Of a stretch of DNA of 64,000 bases, positions 64,000 to 64,000 are shown one piece after another (positions within the stretch are counted from its first letter, which is position 1; the number at the start of each line of letters is the position of its first letter). The notes beneath the pieces are model-generated. The model was not told the origin of the DNA. It saw nothing but the letters and a program-made list of their open reading frames with translations, and did no database searches. The stretch comes from Nostoc sp. (GTDB lineage: Bacteria; Cyanobacteriota; Cyanobacteriia; Cyanobacteriales; Nostocaceae). The stretch lies in NCBI GenBank assembly GCA_036918135.1, contig JBALDB010000020.1, positions 32,001-96,000 of the forward strand, in the 5' to 3' direction. Made by a program: the position numbers and the translations under genes.

Positions 64000-64000
64000 A

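Overview
Genomic window from a heterocyst-forming (Nostocales-type) cyanobacterium, judged from frequent HIP1 (GCGATCGC) octamers, STRR heptamers and small dispersed repeats. From left to right: (1) 1-17.5 kb, a co-directional natural-product region. It holds the 3' end of an NRPS with an unusual A-T-E-C-T-TE finish (no A domain in the last module), two paralogous McyH/NosG/MdnE-type ABC transporters with an HTH-like tail, and a minimal microviridin locus (precursor with PFFARFL leader and variant core TYKFPSDLEDK, two ATP-grasp ligases, no acetyltransferase). A LamG-patatin fusion, a small membrane protein and a GUN4 protein also lie here. (2) 17.6-19.2 kb, a complete IS630 among gene remnants. 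(3) 19-32 kb, surface/secreted proteins, two GT4 glycosyltransferases, a beta-propeller protein and hydrolases. (4) About 33.6-43.9 kb, a GC-richer, partly decayed redox/stress island (AKR, SDRs, YbhB, SnoaL, PaoABC-like molybdoenzyme). (5) 44-58.5 kb, mostly conserved genes, an RTX protein and a TerB-C plus DUF2791 ATPase pair next to a DUF815 ATPase. (6) 59-64 kb, tyrP-trpB-trpD-aroG, matching the 3' end of the scytonemin cluster. No rRNA, tRNA or CRISPR array was recognised. All calls are by-eye motif recognition; no database searches were run.
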